Position numbers and translations under genes: made by a program. A stretch of 64,000 nt of DNA from an uncultured delta proteobacterium. GTDB taxonomy: Bacteria > Desulfobacterota > WTBG01. The DNA is taken from the NCBI GenBank assembly GCA_963793865.1, contig CAWCBP010000009.1:1-64000 (forward strand), in the 5' to 3' direction. Numbering within the stretch: the stretch's first letter is position 1; every line of letters starts with the position of its first letter. Shown piece after piece: positions 53,031 through 63,196 of this stretch. Under the pieces are notes generated by a model. That model was given only the letters and a program-made list of their open reading frames with translations, was not told the origin of the DNA and searched no databases.

Positions 53031-54053
53031 ATGGCAGGAACCATGAATACATTTTTGGTGGTGGGTGGCGGCATTACGGGAATGCAGGCGGCCCTGGATC
53101 TCTCCCGGCTGGGCGGTAAGGTCACGCTGCTGGAGCGGGAAGGGGAGCTTGGCGGGAAATTGAGGTACCTCCATAAACTCTTTCCCAGGGGGGAATCGGC
53201 GGCCGAGCTGCTCAACGCAACCCGGGCCCACATTGCAAAAGAAAACATCGAGGTTGTGACCGGCAGGCAGATAGCGCGGGCGGCCGCGCAGCCCTCCGGC
53301 TACCGGATTGAACTCACCGGGAACGGCGCCGTACTTGACGTGCGCGGCGTGGTGCTGGCAACGGGTTTCGACCCCTTTGACCCCGCGGTCATTGAGGAGT
53401 ACGGATACGGGCGGCTGAAGGATGTGGTCACCGCCTTTGAGCTTGAAGAGATGATGAAGAGCGGAAAGGTGCTGCGGCCGTCGCAGGGCACCCCCCCGGG
53501 CAGGATCGCGTTTTTGCAGTGCGTGGGATCCCGGGACCGGAGGACCAATCGCTACTGTTCATATTTCTGCTGCACCTATGCCATCAAAGAGGCCCTGGCA
53601 TTAAAAGCGCTGAACCCCGGGGCCGAGATAAGCATTCTGTACATGGATATTCGCACTCCCTACCTCTACGAACACCTGTACACCGAGGCCAGGGAGGGGG
53701 GCATCCGGTTTATACGGTCGCGCGTTTCCGGGGTAACCGCGGAGGAGGACTTTATAAACCTTGACCTTGAAAACACCCTTACCGGTGAATCGGAAACGCT
53801 GCGCTCCGATCTGGTGGTCCTGACCATAGGGGGAGTTCCCCCGGCGGGAACCGCTGAGCTGGCGGCAGCGTTCAATCTGCCGCTCTCTGACCAGGGCTTT
53901 TTTAAGATAACCGAGCCGCCGGTGACAACCGCCGCGCCGGGGGTTTTCGTCGCGGGAGCGGCCGGCGGCATGAAGGACATTCCCCTCTGCCTTGCCGAGG
54001 CGAGCGCAAGCGCGCTTGAAATGAGCGCCTTTGCCGGTGAAAAGAAACCATGA
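53031..54053 (+). CDS. Second short single-FAD-domain HdrA-like protein
   Basis: VGGGITG, QCVGSRD..YCSYFCC and YMDIR. Confidence 0.85.
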   Translation: MAGTMNTFLVVGGGITGMQAALDLSRLGGKVTLLEREGELGGKLRYLHKLFPRGESAAELLNATRAHIAKENIEVVTGRQIARAAAQPSGYRIELTGNGAVLDVRGVVLATGFDPFDPAVIEEYGYGRLKDVVTAFELEEMMKSGKVLRPSQGTPPGRIAFLQCVGSRDRRTNRYCSYFCCTYAIKEALALKALNPGAEISILYMDIRTPYLYEHLYTEAREGGIRFIRSRVSGVTAEEDFINLDLENTLTGESETLRSDLVVLTIGGVPPAGTAELAAAFNLPLSDQGFFKITEPPVTTAAPGVFVAGAAGGMKDIPLCLAEASASALEMSAFAGEKKP

Positions 54054-55102
54054 GCATTAGCACCTGTTATCAATGCGGCCTCTGCACCGGCATCTGTCCC
54101 AAACGGCTGGTCAGCAGGTATTCCCCCCGCCGGGACCTGGAAAAGACGCTGCTGGCGCAGCAGGGGATCGACCTCTGGTCCTGCCTCACCTGCGGCCTGT
54201 GCTCCCAGTACTGCCCCCAGGGCGTGGGGTACCTGGACTTTATGCGGGACGCGCGGCGGAACGGGAAGCCGGATGTCGACTGCGTCGCCCACAAGTCGGT
54301 GTTCAATCTGGTCTCCCGGCTGATGATCGCCTTCCCGGAGAAGAGCGGCGTGCCCACCGATTTGAAAGGCAGGCAGGACGACAAAAGCCCGGTGGGCTAT
54401 TTCCCCGGCTGCATCGATTTTCTCGATTCGTTCCTGGAGGTGGGCACCGGCTTTCGTCCCATCGGAGAGTCCGCCTTGAAGCTGATGAACGCGGCGGGCA
54501 TGGCGCCGCGGGTGATGGGCCTTAAATGTTGCGGCCACGACGATCTCTGGCAGGGCAACCAGGAGACGTTTGAAGCGCTCCGCGAACATAACACCCGGGC
54601 CATCAAGGAGAGCGGCATTAAAACCCTGGTGGCCAGCTGCGCAGAGTGCACCCGCACCTTTGCCATCGATTATACTCTTGACATCGAGGTGCTGCACATC
54701 AGCCAGTTTCTGGAGCGCCACGGCGAAAAGCTTTCCTTCAAGGGGGAGGGAACCGTTGCCTATCACGATCCCTGCCGGCTGGGCAGGCACATGCAGGTCT
54801 ATGATCCGCCGCGCAACCTGCTCGCCTCGGTGAAGGGGCTGAAGGTTGCCGAGCTGGAAAACAGCCGCGAGGACTGCCAGTGCTGCGGCATTTCCGCCTG
54901 GCTGGGGTGCTCAACCGAGTCCAAGGCGCTTTTGGTTAAAAAACTCGAGGAGGCCGAGCAGACCGGCGCGGCCACGCTGCTGACCGCCTGCACCAAGTGC
55001 CTGGCGCACCTTAATTGCGTGCTCAATGAGAAGCCCCCCTTACGGGAGTTCAAGGTGGCCGTGCAGGACATCACCAGCTTTCTTGCGGACCGGCTAGCCT
55101 GA
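54050..55102 (+). CDS. HdrD/BamD-like FeS plus two-CCG-domain protein
   Basis: CYQCGLCTGICP, WSCLTCGLC, YFPGC, CCG, YHDPC and ACTKC. Confidence 0.85.
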   Translation: MSISTCYQCGLCTGICPKRLVSRYSPRRDLEKTLLAQQGIDLWSCLTCGLCSQYCPQGVGYLDFMRDARRNGKPDVDCVAHKSVFNLVSRLMIAFPEKSGVPTDLKGRQDDKSPVGYFPGCIDFLDSFLEVGTGFRPIGESALKLMNAAGMAPRVMGLKCCGHDDLWQGNQETFEALREHNTRAIKESGIKTLVASCAECTRTFAIDYTLDIEVLHISQFLERHGEKLSFKGEGTVAYHDPCRLGRHMQVYDPPRNLLASVKGLKVAELENSREDCQCCGISAWLGCSTESKALLVKKLEEAEQTGAATLLTACTKCLAHLNCVLNEKPPLREFKVAVQDITSFLADRLA

Positions 55103-55132
55103 TGGAAAGGCACTTTAGGAACATTTCTATGC

Positions 55133-55615
55133 GTGGAGGAGAAGGTGCTACCCAAATCGGTTGACGAACTGGACCCGCAGTTCAAGTATGAGGTGACCGG
55201 CCAGCCCGGCGGGGAGAACATCAAAAAGTGTTTTGCCTGCGGCATCTGCACCGGGGGGTGTCCGGTGAGCGACATCGACCCGGCATATGATCCGCGCAAA
55301 ATCATCCGCATGATTCTCCTGGGGATGAAAGAGAAGGTGCTCTCCTCGGACTTTATCTGGCTCTGCTCGCTCTGCAACACCTGCAGCTTCATCTGCCCGC
55401 AGAACGTGCGCTTCTCCGAAGTGATGGGCGTGCTCAGGGACATGGCGGTGAAAAAGGGATACGTTGACGCCTCCTTCCCCCAGCAGATTGCCGCGGTTGA
55501 CAAGTTTTCCCAGATCATGCGGGACAAAATACTCCAGGCCATAGTGCAAAAGCGGGCCCAGAAGATGGCCATCGAGCCCAGGAAGCTCCTCCAGGAAGTC
55601 CTGGATGACATTTAG
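55133..55615 (+). CDS. hdrC: Second HdrC-like protein
   Basis: CFACGICTGGCP and WLCSLCNTCSFICP. Confidence 0.88.
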   Translation: MEEKVLPKSVDELDPQFKYEVTGQPGGENIKKCFACGICTGGCPVSDIDPAYDPRKIIRMILLGMKEKVLSSDFIWLCSLCNTCSFICPQNVRFSEVMGVLRDMAVKKGYVDASFPQQIAAVDKFSQIMRDKILQAIVQKRAQKMAIEPRKLLQEVLDDI

Positions 55616-55661
55616 CGAGCAGTACTGAGTATTATTTATCAAAATAAAGGGAGAGGCTCCT

Positions 55662-58600
55662 TTGGCGGACAAAAAAACAGTAGGCGCAGTAATGGTGGTG
55701 GGCGGCGGCATTTCCGGCATGCAGGCCTCCCTCGACCTTGCCGAGCTGGGCTACCGGGTGTACCTGGTCGAGTCCTCCCCGGCCATAGGCGGGGAGATGG
55801 CCAAGCTGGACAAGACCTTCCCCACCAACGATTGCGCCCTCTGAATACTGTCTCCCAAACTCGTTGAGTCTGGCAGACACCGGAATATAGAGATCATCAC
55901 CAACGCGAAGGTGGAGAAGGTCGCCGGCGAGGCAGGCGCGTTCAGCGCACGCGTGCGCGTCAGGCCCCGCTACGTGGTTCCTGAAAAGTGCACCGCCTGC
56001 GGGAACTGCTCCGACTACTGCCCCATCAGCATCCGCGACGATTACAACCAGGGTTTGCAAGAGGTGAAATGCATCTACGTTCCCTACGCCCAGGCGGTTC
56101 CCGCCTGCTACACGGTTGACCCGGCACACTGCCTCTTTCTCAACCAGCGGGAGTGCAGGCAGTGCGAGCAGGCCTGCGGCACCCATGCCATTGATCTCGA
56201 CCAGCAGGAACAGGTGCTCAACCTCGAGGTCGGCGCGGTCATCCTGGCGCCGGGCCTGTCGGAGTTCAATGCCCGGCGCAAGGCCGAGTACGGCTACGGG
56301 CGCTTCGCCAACGTGATGACCAGCATGGAATTTGAGCGCATTCTCTGCGCCTCCGGCCCCTCCATGGGGCACATCGAGCGGCCGTCGGACGGCAGGGTCC
56401 CCAAGCGCATCGCCTTCCTGCAGTGCGTGGGATCGCGCGACCTGGCGGTGGGGAATCCGTACTGCTCATGCGTCTGTTGCATGTACGCCATCAAGGAGTC
56501 CATCGTCGCCCTGGAGCACGAGCCCAACCTGGAGATAAACATATTTTACATGGACATGCGCACCCAGGGAAAAGGGTTTGAAGAATTCTACGAGCGCGGG
56601 AAGGCGCAGGGGATCGGCTTTATCCGCAGCAAGGTCTCGTCGTTGAAAGAGGCGCCCGGGAGCAAAAACCTGATTATACATTACGCGGAGGAGGACGGGA
56701 CACACCGGGAGAAGGAAGTTGACCTGGTGGTGCTCTCCATAGGCCTGGAGCCGGCGAAAGAGGCGGAGGAGCTCGCGCAGGCCACGGGCATATCGCTGAA
56801 TGAATACCGCTTTTCCCGGACAACTGAGTTTTCCCCGCTGCAAACCAGCCGGGAGGGAATTTTTGTCGCGGGCGTCTTTCAGGGACCCAAGGACATTCCG
56901 GAGACGGTTACCCAGGCCAGCGGCTCGGTGGCATCCGCCTCAGGACTGCTTGCCCCGGCCCGGGGGACGCTGGTGGCGGAGCAGACCTACCCGGCGGAGC
57001 TGCCCGTGGCGGAGAAGCCCCGCATCGGCGTGTTTGTCTGCCACTGCGGCATCAACATCGCCGGGGTCATTGATGTCGGGGCGTTAAAGGAATACGCGCT
57101 CACCCTTCCCGACGTGGTGTTCGCGGAGCAGAACCACTACAGCTGTTCCCAGGACAACCAGGTGAACATGAAAAATGTCATCAGGGAGCACGGGCTCAAC
57201 CGGGTGGTGGTGACGGCATGCAGCCCCCGCACCCATGAGCCGCTCTTCCAGGAGACCATGCGCGAGGCGGGGCTCAACAAGTGCCTCTTTGAGATGGCCA
57301 ACATACGCGACCAGTGCAGCTGGGTGCACATGAAGGAAAAGGAGGCGGCGACCGAGAAGGCGAAGGACCTGCTGCGCATGGCGGTGGCCAAGGCCAGGAT
57401 GCTTGCTCCTCTGCCTGAGCAGACCGTTCCGGTTACGCCCAGGGGCCTGGTGATCGGCGGCGGCGTTGCCGGGATGACGGCCGCCCTGGCGCTGGCCGAT
57501 CAGGGATTTGAGTGCGTGCTCATCGAAAAGGAAAAGGAGCTGGGCGGGAATTTCAACAAGATTCACTATACCATGGAGGGAGGCGACACCCGGGAATTTC
57601 TTCAGGGGCTCAAAGAGCGGGTCGCAAGCCATGAGCGCATAGAAGTGCTTACCTCAACCGAAATAGAATCGGTCGAGGGCTACATCGGCAACTTTAAAAC
57701 CACCCTGGCAAGCCATAACGGAAAAGAGTCCGGACCGCTGACCGTCGAGCACGGCGTGGTGATCGTTGCCACCGGTGCGGCGGAATACCGGCCGGTGGAG
57801 TATGGCTACGGCCAGGATGAGCGGGTGATCACCCAGTCCGAGTTCGAGGAAAAATTATACCTCGATCCGGCATCCTGCGCTTCCCTGAAACAGGTGGTGA
57901 TGATCCAGTGCGTCGGCTCGCGGGAGAAGGAGCGGCCGTACTGCAGCAAGCTCTGCTGCAGCAAGGCCATTAAGAACGCGCTTAAAATCAAGGAGCTCAA
58001 CCCCGCATGCGAGGTGGCCATTCTCTACCGGGACGTCCGGGCCTACGGCTTCCGGGAGGACTGGTACACCAGGGCGCGCGAGGCGGGGGTTATCTTCATT
58101 CACTACGAGCCGGAACACAAGCCGGAGGTGATCATTGACGGTCAGCAGCTGCAGGTGTCGGTGACCGATCCCCTGCTTTCAGAGACGCTTGCATTCTCTC
58201 CCGACCTGCTGGTGCTCAGCACCGCGGTTGTTGCGGGTGAGAACCAGAAGCTCTCCCAGCTGCTGAAGCTCCCCCTGACCCAGGACGGGTTTTTTCTCGA
58301 GGCCCACGTGAAGCTGCGGCCGGTGGACTTTGCGGTGGACGGGGTGTTCCTCTGCGGCCTGGCCCACTTTCCCAAGCCGGTGGACGAGTCCATTGCCCAG
58401 GCATCTGCGGCTGCGGCCCGTGCCGCCATTCCGCTCGCCAAGGGCAGGGTCGAGGTGGAGCCCATCGTTTCATGGGTTGATCAGACCGCCTGCTTCGGCT
58501 GCGGCATCTGCGAATACCTCTGCCCCTTTAACGCCATCCGGGTTGCGGAGACGGACAGGGGCAGGAAGGCCGAGACCATTGCCGCGTCATGCAAGGGGTG

Positions 58601-58700
58601 CGGGCTCTGCGCCTCGCACTGTCCGAGAAGGACCATCAGCATGGGACGGTTCACCAGCGAGCAGATCGAAGCCCAGATTCATGCCCTGCTGGCAGGATAG
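55662..58700 (+). CDS. hdrA: Large HdrA-like selenoprotein (TGA at 55842-55844 read as Sec)
   Basis: [19 protein letters not shown] aligns with [10 protein letters not shown] of the upstream paralog; the frame continues into the 929-aa ORF. Confidence 0.9.
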
Positions 58701-58722
58701 CATAAACTAATAAGAGGAAAAG

Positions 58723-59544
58723 ATGCAGGAAACAGCGGTCACCATCCAGCCTGATTACCAGCCCAAAATTCTGGGGTTCTTTTGCCACTGGTGCTGTTAC
58801 GCGGGCGCTGATGCCGCGGGGGTCTCGCGCTTCCAGTACCCGCCGCACATCAGGGTGGTTCGGATCATGTGCACGGCGCGGGTTGATGCCGCCTTCATCA
58901 TGGAGGCCTTTCTGCAGGGCGTGGACGGCGTCCTGGTGGGCGGGTGACACCTGGGTGAATGCCATTACCAGTCTGGTAATGTCGAGGCAGTGCACACCAT
59001 CGATGCGGCATCCCGGCTCCTGGGCCACGTCGGCATCAATCCCCGCAGGCTCAGCCTGGAATGGGTTTCCGCCGCCGAAGCGCCCCGCTATGTAAGCATT
59101 GTGACCGCCTTTTCGGAGCGGATCACGTCGCTGGGCCCCATCGGAGCGAAAGAAGGGATCAGCTCCGGGGAGCTGACCTTCAGACTCAAGGCTGCAAAGG
59201 CGGTCTCGCAGGGAGAGAAGTTCAGGTGGATCCTGGGGAAAAAGACTGAATTCAGCCGTGAGGGGAATGTCTACGGCGAGGTCTTCAGCGGGCACGAGCT
59301 GGGACGGCTCCTCGAGGGGCTTATTACCGAGGATTTTCAGGTGCACGAAATCCTGCAGCTGCTCGGGGAAAGGACATACACGGTCAAGGATATTGCCGGG
59401 CGTCTGGGTCTGCCGCCGTCGCTGGTGCTCATGCACCTTACCGCGCTGCGCAGAAGAAAGCTGGCCGCGGTGAAAGAGATAAAAGACGGCTCTCCCTATT
59501 ACGCGCTCTGCCCGGAGGGCGACAGGAAACAGCATGGATGCTAA
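58723..59544 (+). CDS. MvhD-like selenoprotein with C-terminal winged-HTH-like extension (BamF-like); TGA at 58945-58947
   Basis: FFCHWCCY, then VGG-TGA-HLGECHY in frame; C-terminal ILQLL..TVKDIAGRLGL..VLMHL..L. Confidence 0.88.
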
Positions 59545-61192
59545 GGTAACCCTGGTGGTGGGCGGAAGTCTGGCGGGCATTCAGGCGGCCCTCGAGCAGG
59601 CGGACGCGGGCAATACCGTCTACCTCATCGAAGAGGCGCCCGGCCTGGCGGGGCACCGGATAACCTCCGGCGACGGATTTGATCCCGCTGACCCGTTTAC
59701 CCGGATCGATCTCAAGCGGTTGAAGGAACATCCCCGGATCACCGTTCTCACCGGCACCGATATTGAGAGAATTGCGGAAAAGGACGGCACGTACCGGGTA
59801 AAAATCAGGAAGCGCCCGGCGCGGGTGATCGAGGAAAAGTGCAATGACTGCCAGGACTGCATCAGGGTCTGTCCCATCAACATGTGGGACGATTACAGCC
59901 AGGGACTGTCCCTGCGCACGGCCATCGATTACGGGAATCATGATTACTTCTCCTACAGCATCCATAAGGAGATACCCCTCTGCCAGAGGACCTGTCCGGT
60001 CAACCTTGATGTCAGGGGTTATGTCGGCCTGATTGCGGAGGGGAAGTACGAAGAGTCGCTGGCGCTCATCCGCGAGAGGCTCCCCTTTCCGGGAATCATC
60101 GGAAGGATATGCCCTCACCCCTGCGAAGAGCGCTGCAACCGCGGCGTGGAGGACAAGCCGCTGTGCATTCGCGACCTGAAGCGCTTTGTGGCTGACCGCG
60201 AGCTTGCCCGGGTGAAGCCGCAGGCGCACAAGAAGCGGGCGCCGGTTCGCCGGGAGAGGATTGCCGTTGTCGGCGCGGGCCCGGCCGGGCTTGCCTGCGC
60301 GTACGATCTTGCCATCGAGGGATATCAGGCGGTCGTCTTCGAATCGCTCCCCCGCGCGGGCGGGATGCTGGCGGTGGGCATTCCGGATTACCGTTTGCCC
60401 CGGGCCATCCTCGAAGGGGAGATTGACGTGGTGAGAAACCTGGGGGTGGACATTCAATACAACAAAACCCTGGGCAGGGAATTCACCCTCGACGATCTTT
60501 TTAAGCAGGGATTCAAGGCGGTGTTTATTGCCGTGGGGGCGCATCAGCCCATGGGCATGGGAACGCCCGGTGAGGAAACGCCCGGTGTTGAACCGGGGGT
60601 GGACATGCTCCGCAGCCTGAACCTGGGAGAAGCGGTACAGGTCGGGGAGCGGGTGGGCGTGATCGGGGGAGGCAATGTTGCCATCGACGCGGCCCGCTGC
60701 TCGCTCCGGTGCGGAGCCCGGGAGGTTACCATCTTCTACCGCAGGTCACGCGCTGAAATGCCGGCGAGCGAGGAAGAGATTGAAGCCGCCCTGGCCGAGA
60801 ACATATCCATTGAGTATCTCACTGCTCCCGAGGAGGTGCTGGCGAAGAACAACCGGGTTTCCGGTTTAAAGCTGATCCGCATGCAGCTGGGAGAGCCTGA
60901 CGCCTCGGGGCGAAGAAGGCCTGAGCCCGTGCAAGGGTCGCAGTTTGTAGTTGAGCTGGACACCATCATTCCGGCCATCGGGCAGCGCTCGGACCTTTCC
61001 TTTATTCCCGAGGGAGACGGCATCAAGACCACCAGGTGGGGCAGCATCGTGGCAGATCCGGACACCCTTGCCACCGGCAGGGCGGGCGTGTTTGCCGGGG
61101 GCGATTGCGTTGACGGCCCGGGCATCGCGATCCAGGCCGTGGCCTCGGGCAAGAAGGCGGCTGCATCCATTATGCGCTATCTTGAGAAGTGA
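59534..61192 (+). CDS. HdrA-N / ferredoxin / GltD-NfnB-like NAD(P)H oxidoreductase fusion (HdrL-like, first part)
   Basis: Degenerate HdrA N-terminus, CNDCQDC..VCP, CQRTCP, ICPHPCEERC, GAGPAG, GGGNVA and YRRS. Confidence 0.85.
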   Translation: MDAKVTLVVGGSLAGIQAALEQADAGNTVYLIEEAPGLAGHRITSGDGFDPADPFTRIDLKRLKEHPRITVLTGTDIERIAEKDGTYRVKIRKRPARVIEEKCNDCQDCIRVCPINMWDDYSQGLSLRTAIDYGNHDYFSYSIHKEIPLCQRTCPVNLDVRGYVGLIAEGKYEESLALIRERLPFPGIIGRICPHPCEERCNRGVEDKPLCIRDLKRFVADRELARVKPQAHKKRAPVRRERIAVVGAGPAGLACAYDLAIEGYQAVVFESLPRAGGMLAVGIPDYRLPRAILEGEIDVVRNLGVDIQYNKTLGREFTLDDLFKQGFKAVFIAVGAHQPMGMGTPGEETPGVEPGVDMLRSLNLGEAVQVGERVGVIGGGNVAIDAARCSLRCGAREVTIFYRRSRAEMPASEEEIEAALAENISIEYLTAPEEVLAKNNRVSGLKLIRMQLGEPDASGRRRPEPVQGSQFVVELDTIIPAIGQRSDLSFIPEGDGIKTTRWGSIVADPDTLATGRAGVFAGGDCVDGPGIAIQAVASGKKAAASIMRYLEK

Positions 61193-62091
61193 CGGGGTTT
61201 TCAACCATGCTGGAAGAAACAAAGCGATACATAATCGACTTCAAGGACATTCCCGCTCCCCGGGCCAAAATGCCCGAGCTTCCTCCCGGCGAAAGGGTAA
61301 GCGGGTTTGAAGAGATCGAGAAAGGCTTTGCGGAGGAGCAGGCGCAGATCGAGGCGAAGCGCTGCCTGAGCTGCCGCCGGTGCCTGGGGTGCAAGCTCTG
61401 TCTCGCGGCCTGCGAAAAGGAGGCCATTGATTTCGGCCAGGCGGAAGAGGAGCAGGAGATAGAGGTCGACGCGGTGATTATCGCTCCGGGGGCAATGCGA
61501 TACCCGGCGCCACTGGATGAGCGCTTCACCTGCGGCAGCGGAGCCAATCTTCTCAAAGACATTGAGTTTGAGGGGATGCTTGATCCGCAGGGGCCGTACG
61601 GAGGATTAGTGCTGCGGCCCTCTGACGGGGATATCCCCCGCAAGCTGGGGTTTGTTTTCCGCGGAGGGGAAAAGTCCGGCAGACATTCACTTGTTGTCAT
61701 GCTCAAGGAGGCCGCGGCGGCCCATAGAAAGATTGAAGGAGTCGAGCTGTGGCTTTTCCTGCCGCAGGCGATGGAATCAATGGATGACTGTAAATCCTTT
61801 TTGGACGGGATGCCGCAGGTCACCCTCAAGCACTGCACGGTGGATTCGGTTACGGAAATTGCTGATACCGGAAACCTTGCGGTTGAATACCGGGAGGGTA
61901 CGGAAAAGCGGATTGAGAGGTTCCAGATGATTGTTGTCTCAACTGAGCAGAGGCTGCCGGAGACGGCCCGCCTGCTGGCAGACCAGTTGAGGCTGAAGCT
62001 TGCCCGGCAGGTTGAGCCCTCGGAGGCTTATCAACCGGTACCTGCGGGCAGGGATGGTATTTCGATCACCGGGGGCATAGCCGCCGGCTAA
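61189..62091 (+). CDS. HdrL-like second part: NfnB C-terminal segment, ferredoxin and degenerate HdrA domain
   Basis: EAKRCLSC..CLGCKLCLAAC..AIDF and GPYGG.VLRPSDG.IP; lacks the CVGSR/YCSxxCC cysteines. Confidence 0.7.
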   Translation: MTGFSTMLEETKRYIIDFKDIPAPRAKMPELPPGERVSGFEEIEKGFAEEQAQIEAKRCLSCRRCLGCKLCLAACEKEAIDFGQAEEEQEIEVDAVIIAPGAMRYPAPLDERFTCGSGANLLKDIEFEGMLDPQGPYGGLVLRPSDGDIPRKLGFVFRGGEKSGRHSLVVMLKEAAAAHRKIEGVELWLFLPQAMESMDDCKSFLDGMPQVTLKHCTVDSVTEIADTGNLAVEYREGTEKRIERFQMIVVSTEQRLPETARLLADQLRLKLARQVEPSEAYQPVPAGRDGISITGGIAAG

Positions 62092-62105
62092 GCGGGGAAG
62101 CGGTA

Positions 62106-62459
62106 GTGATAAAGAAACATTTGTCGGTCGACATCAATAAATGTACGGGGTGCAGGATGTGCGAGCTTGCCTGCGCTATGGTGCGGGAGAAGGTTTTTAA
62201 CCCCAAGAAGGCGCGCATACGCGTTTACCTTATCGGGATACCCGAAGTGCCCATCCCCGTTTATACCAGAAAGTGTGATGCCTGCGGAGGCGATCCCACC
62301 TGTGTAAAATACTGTGAAGTGGGCGCGCTCATCTACTCGGAGGAAAACCCCAAGCAGGACAAGAAAAAAATTCTCCTGGCGGAAGAGCTTGCCCTGGAAT
62401 GGCTGCGCAACGCGGAGAACAGCATGCCGAGCGGAGATCCGGATGAAAGTGAAGGTTAA
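62106..62459 (+). CDS. 4Fe-4S protein (AOR small-subunit type)
   Basis: CTGCRMCELAC, CDAC and CVKYC. Confidence 0.85.
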   Translation: MIKKHLSVDINKCTGCRMCELACAMVREKVFNPKKARIRVYLIGIPEVPIPVYTRKCDACGGDPTCVKYCEVGALIYSEENPKQDKKKILLAEELALEWLRNAENSMPSGDPDESEG

Positions 62460-62727
62460 AACCTTTGCCAATTTGCGAGACATTGTTGGCAAGCCTGAAA
62501 TAGAGCATGAGACACAGGACGGGGCCACCCTGGGATACCTGCTGGATGATTTGTGCCGGACCTACGGGAAGTCCTTTGAGCATCAGATAAAGGACAGAAA
62601 AACCGGGGTGATAGTACCGTTTCTCATGCTGGTCAACGATAAAACCTGCCGCTCCGTGGCCGACCTTGCCACCCCTCTCGGGGCGGGCGACACAATTACC
62701 ATCATGCTTCCCTTCGACGGGGGATGA
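62443..62727 (+). CDS. MoaD/ThiS-family sulfur carrier
   Basis: MKVKVKTFANLR...LVND...PFDGG, ubiquitin-like with terminal GG. Confidence 0.88.
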   Translation: MKVKVKTFANLRDIVGKPEIEHETQDGATLGYLLDDLCRTYGKSFEHQIKDRKTGVIVPFLMLVNDKTCRSVADLATPLGAGDTITIMLPFDGG

Positions 62728-62789
62728 GGAGCGATGAAAGATCATGGTATAGATGATGGACGTGCATGGAGTAGATGACAGATGAAAAA

Positions 62790-62817
62790 TGGAGTAATGG
62801 AGTGCTGGAGTAATGGA
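62790..62817. repeat. 8-bp tandem repeat TGGAGT(AA/GC), about 3.5 copies
   Basis: tggagtaa tggagtgc tggagtaa tgga. Confidence 0.6.
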
Positions 62818-62850
62818 TTCTGATTCCTGACTGTTGCCCCTGAGCATGCA

Positions 62851-62885
62851 ACCCCTCGCCCTATCAGAAGAGCGGGGGTTTTTTA
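62851..62885 (+). terminator. Probable intrinsic terminator after the AOR-Hdr operon
   Basis: ACCCCTCGC...GCGGGGGT followed by a T-run. Confidence 0.55.
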
Positions 62886-63120
62886 TTTTTAAAATCAATA
62901 AGATAATAACCTTCAACGCCGCATGCCCATTTTGTGCTGGAGGGTACAATCATAATACTCTGTTATTGCTGATATTTTTACTGCAGGGGTTTTTTATGAA
63001 CTTAAAAGAGCAACCGGAGGTTTATAATCCCTATTTCCTCTTTAACGATTATCTATTAATTTATAAGTCAATTCGATTACTTAGTTATAATAACGTCAAT
63101 ATTAATACAAATAATTATTT

Positions 63121-63136
63121 TGGTACCCAGCTTGCT
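63121..63136 (+). promoter_or_regulatory. Sigma-54-type -24/-12 promoter
   Basis: TGGTAC-N5-TTGCT with correct GG/GC spacing, preceded by an AT-rich region. Confidence 0.6.
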
Positions 63137-63196
63137 TATCGATTGTTGTTACTAAGAGGCAAATCGATTGCTATAAATTATAAAAGAGGTGGGAAC

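Noticed and set aside
61190..61192. TGA ending the GltD-like ORF as a fourth Sec codon
   Set aside because: Not at a Cys position; read-through hits TAA within about 13 codons; the next ORF is in another frame.
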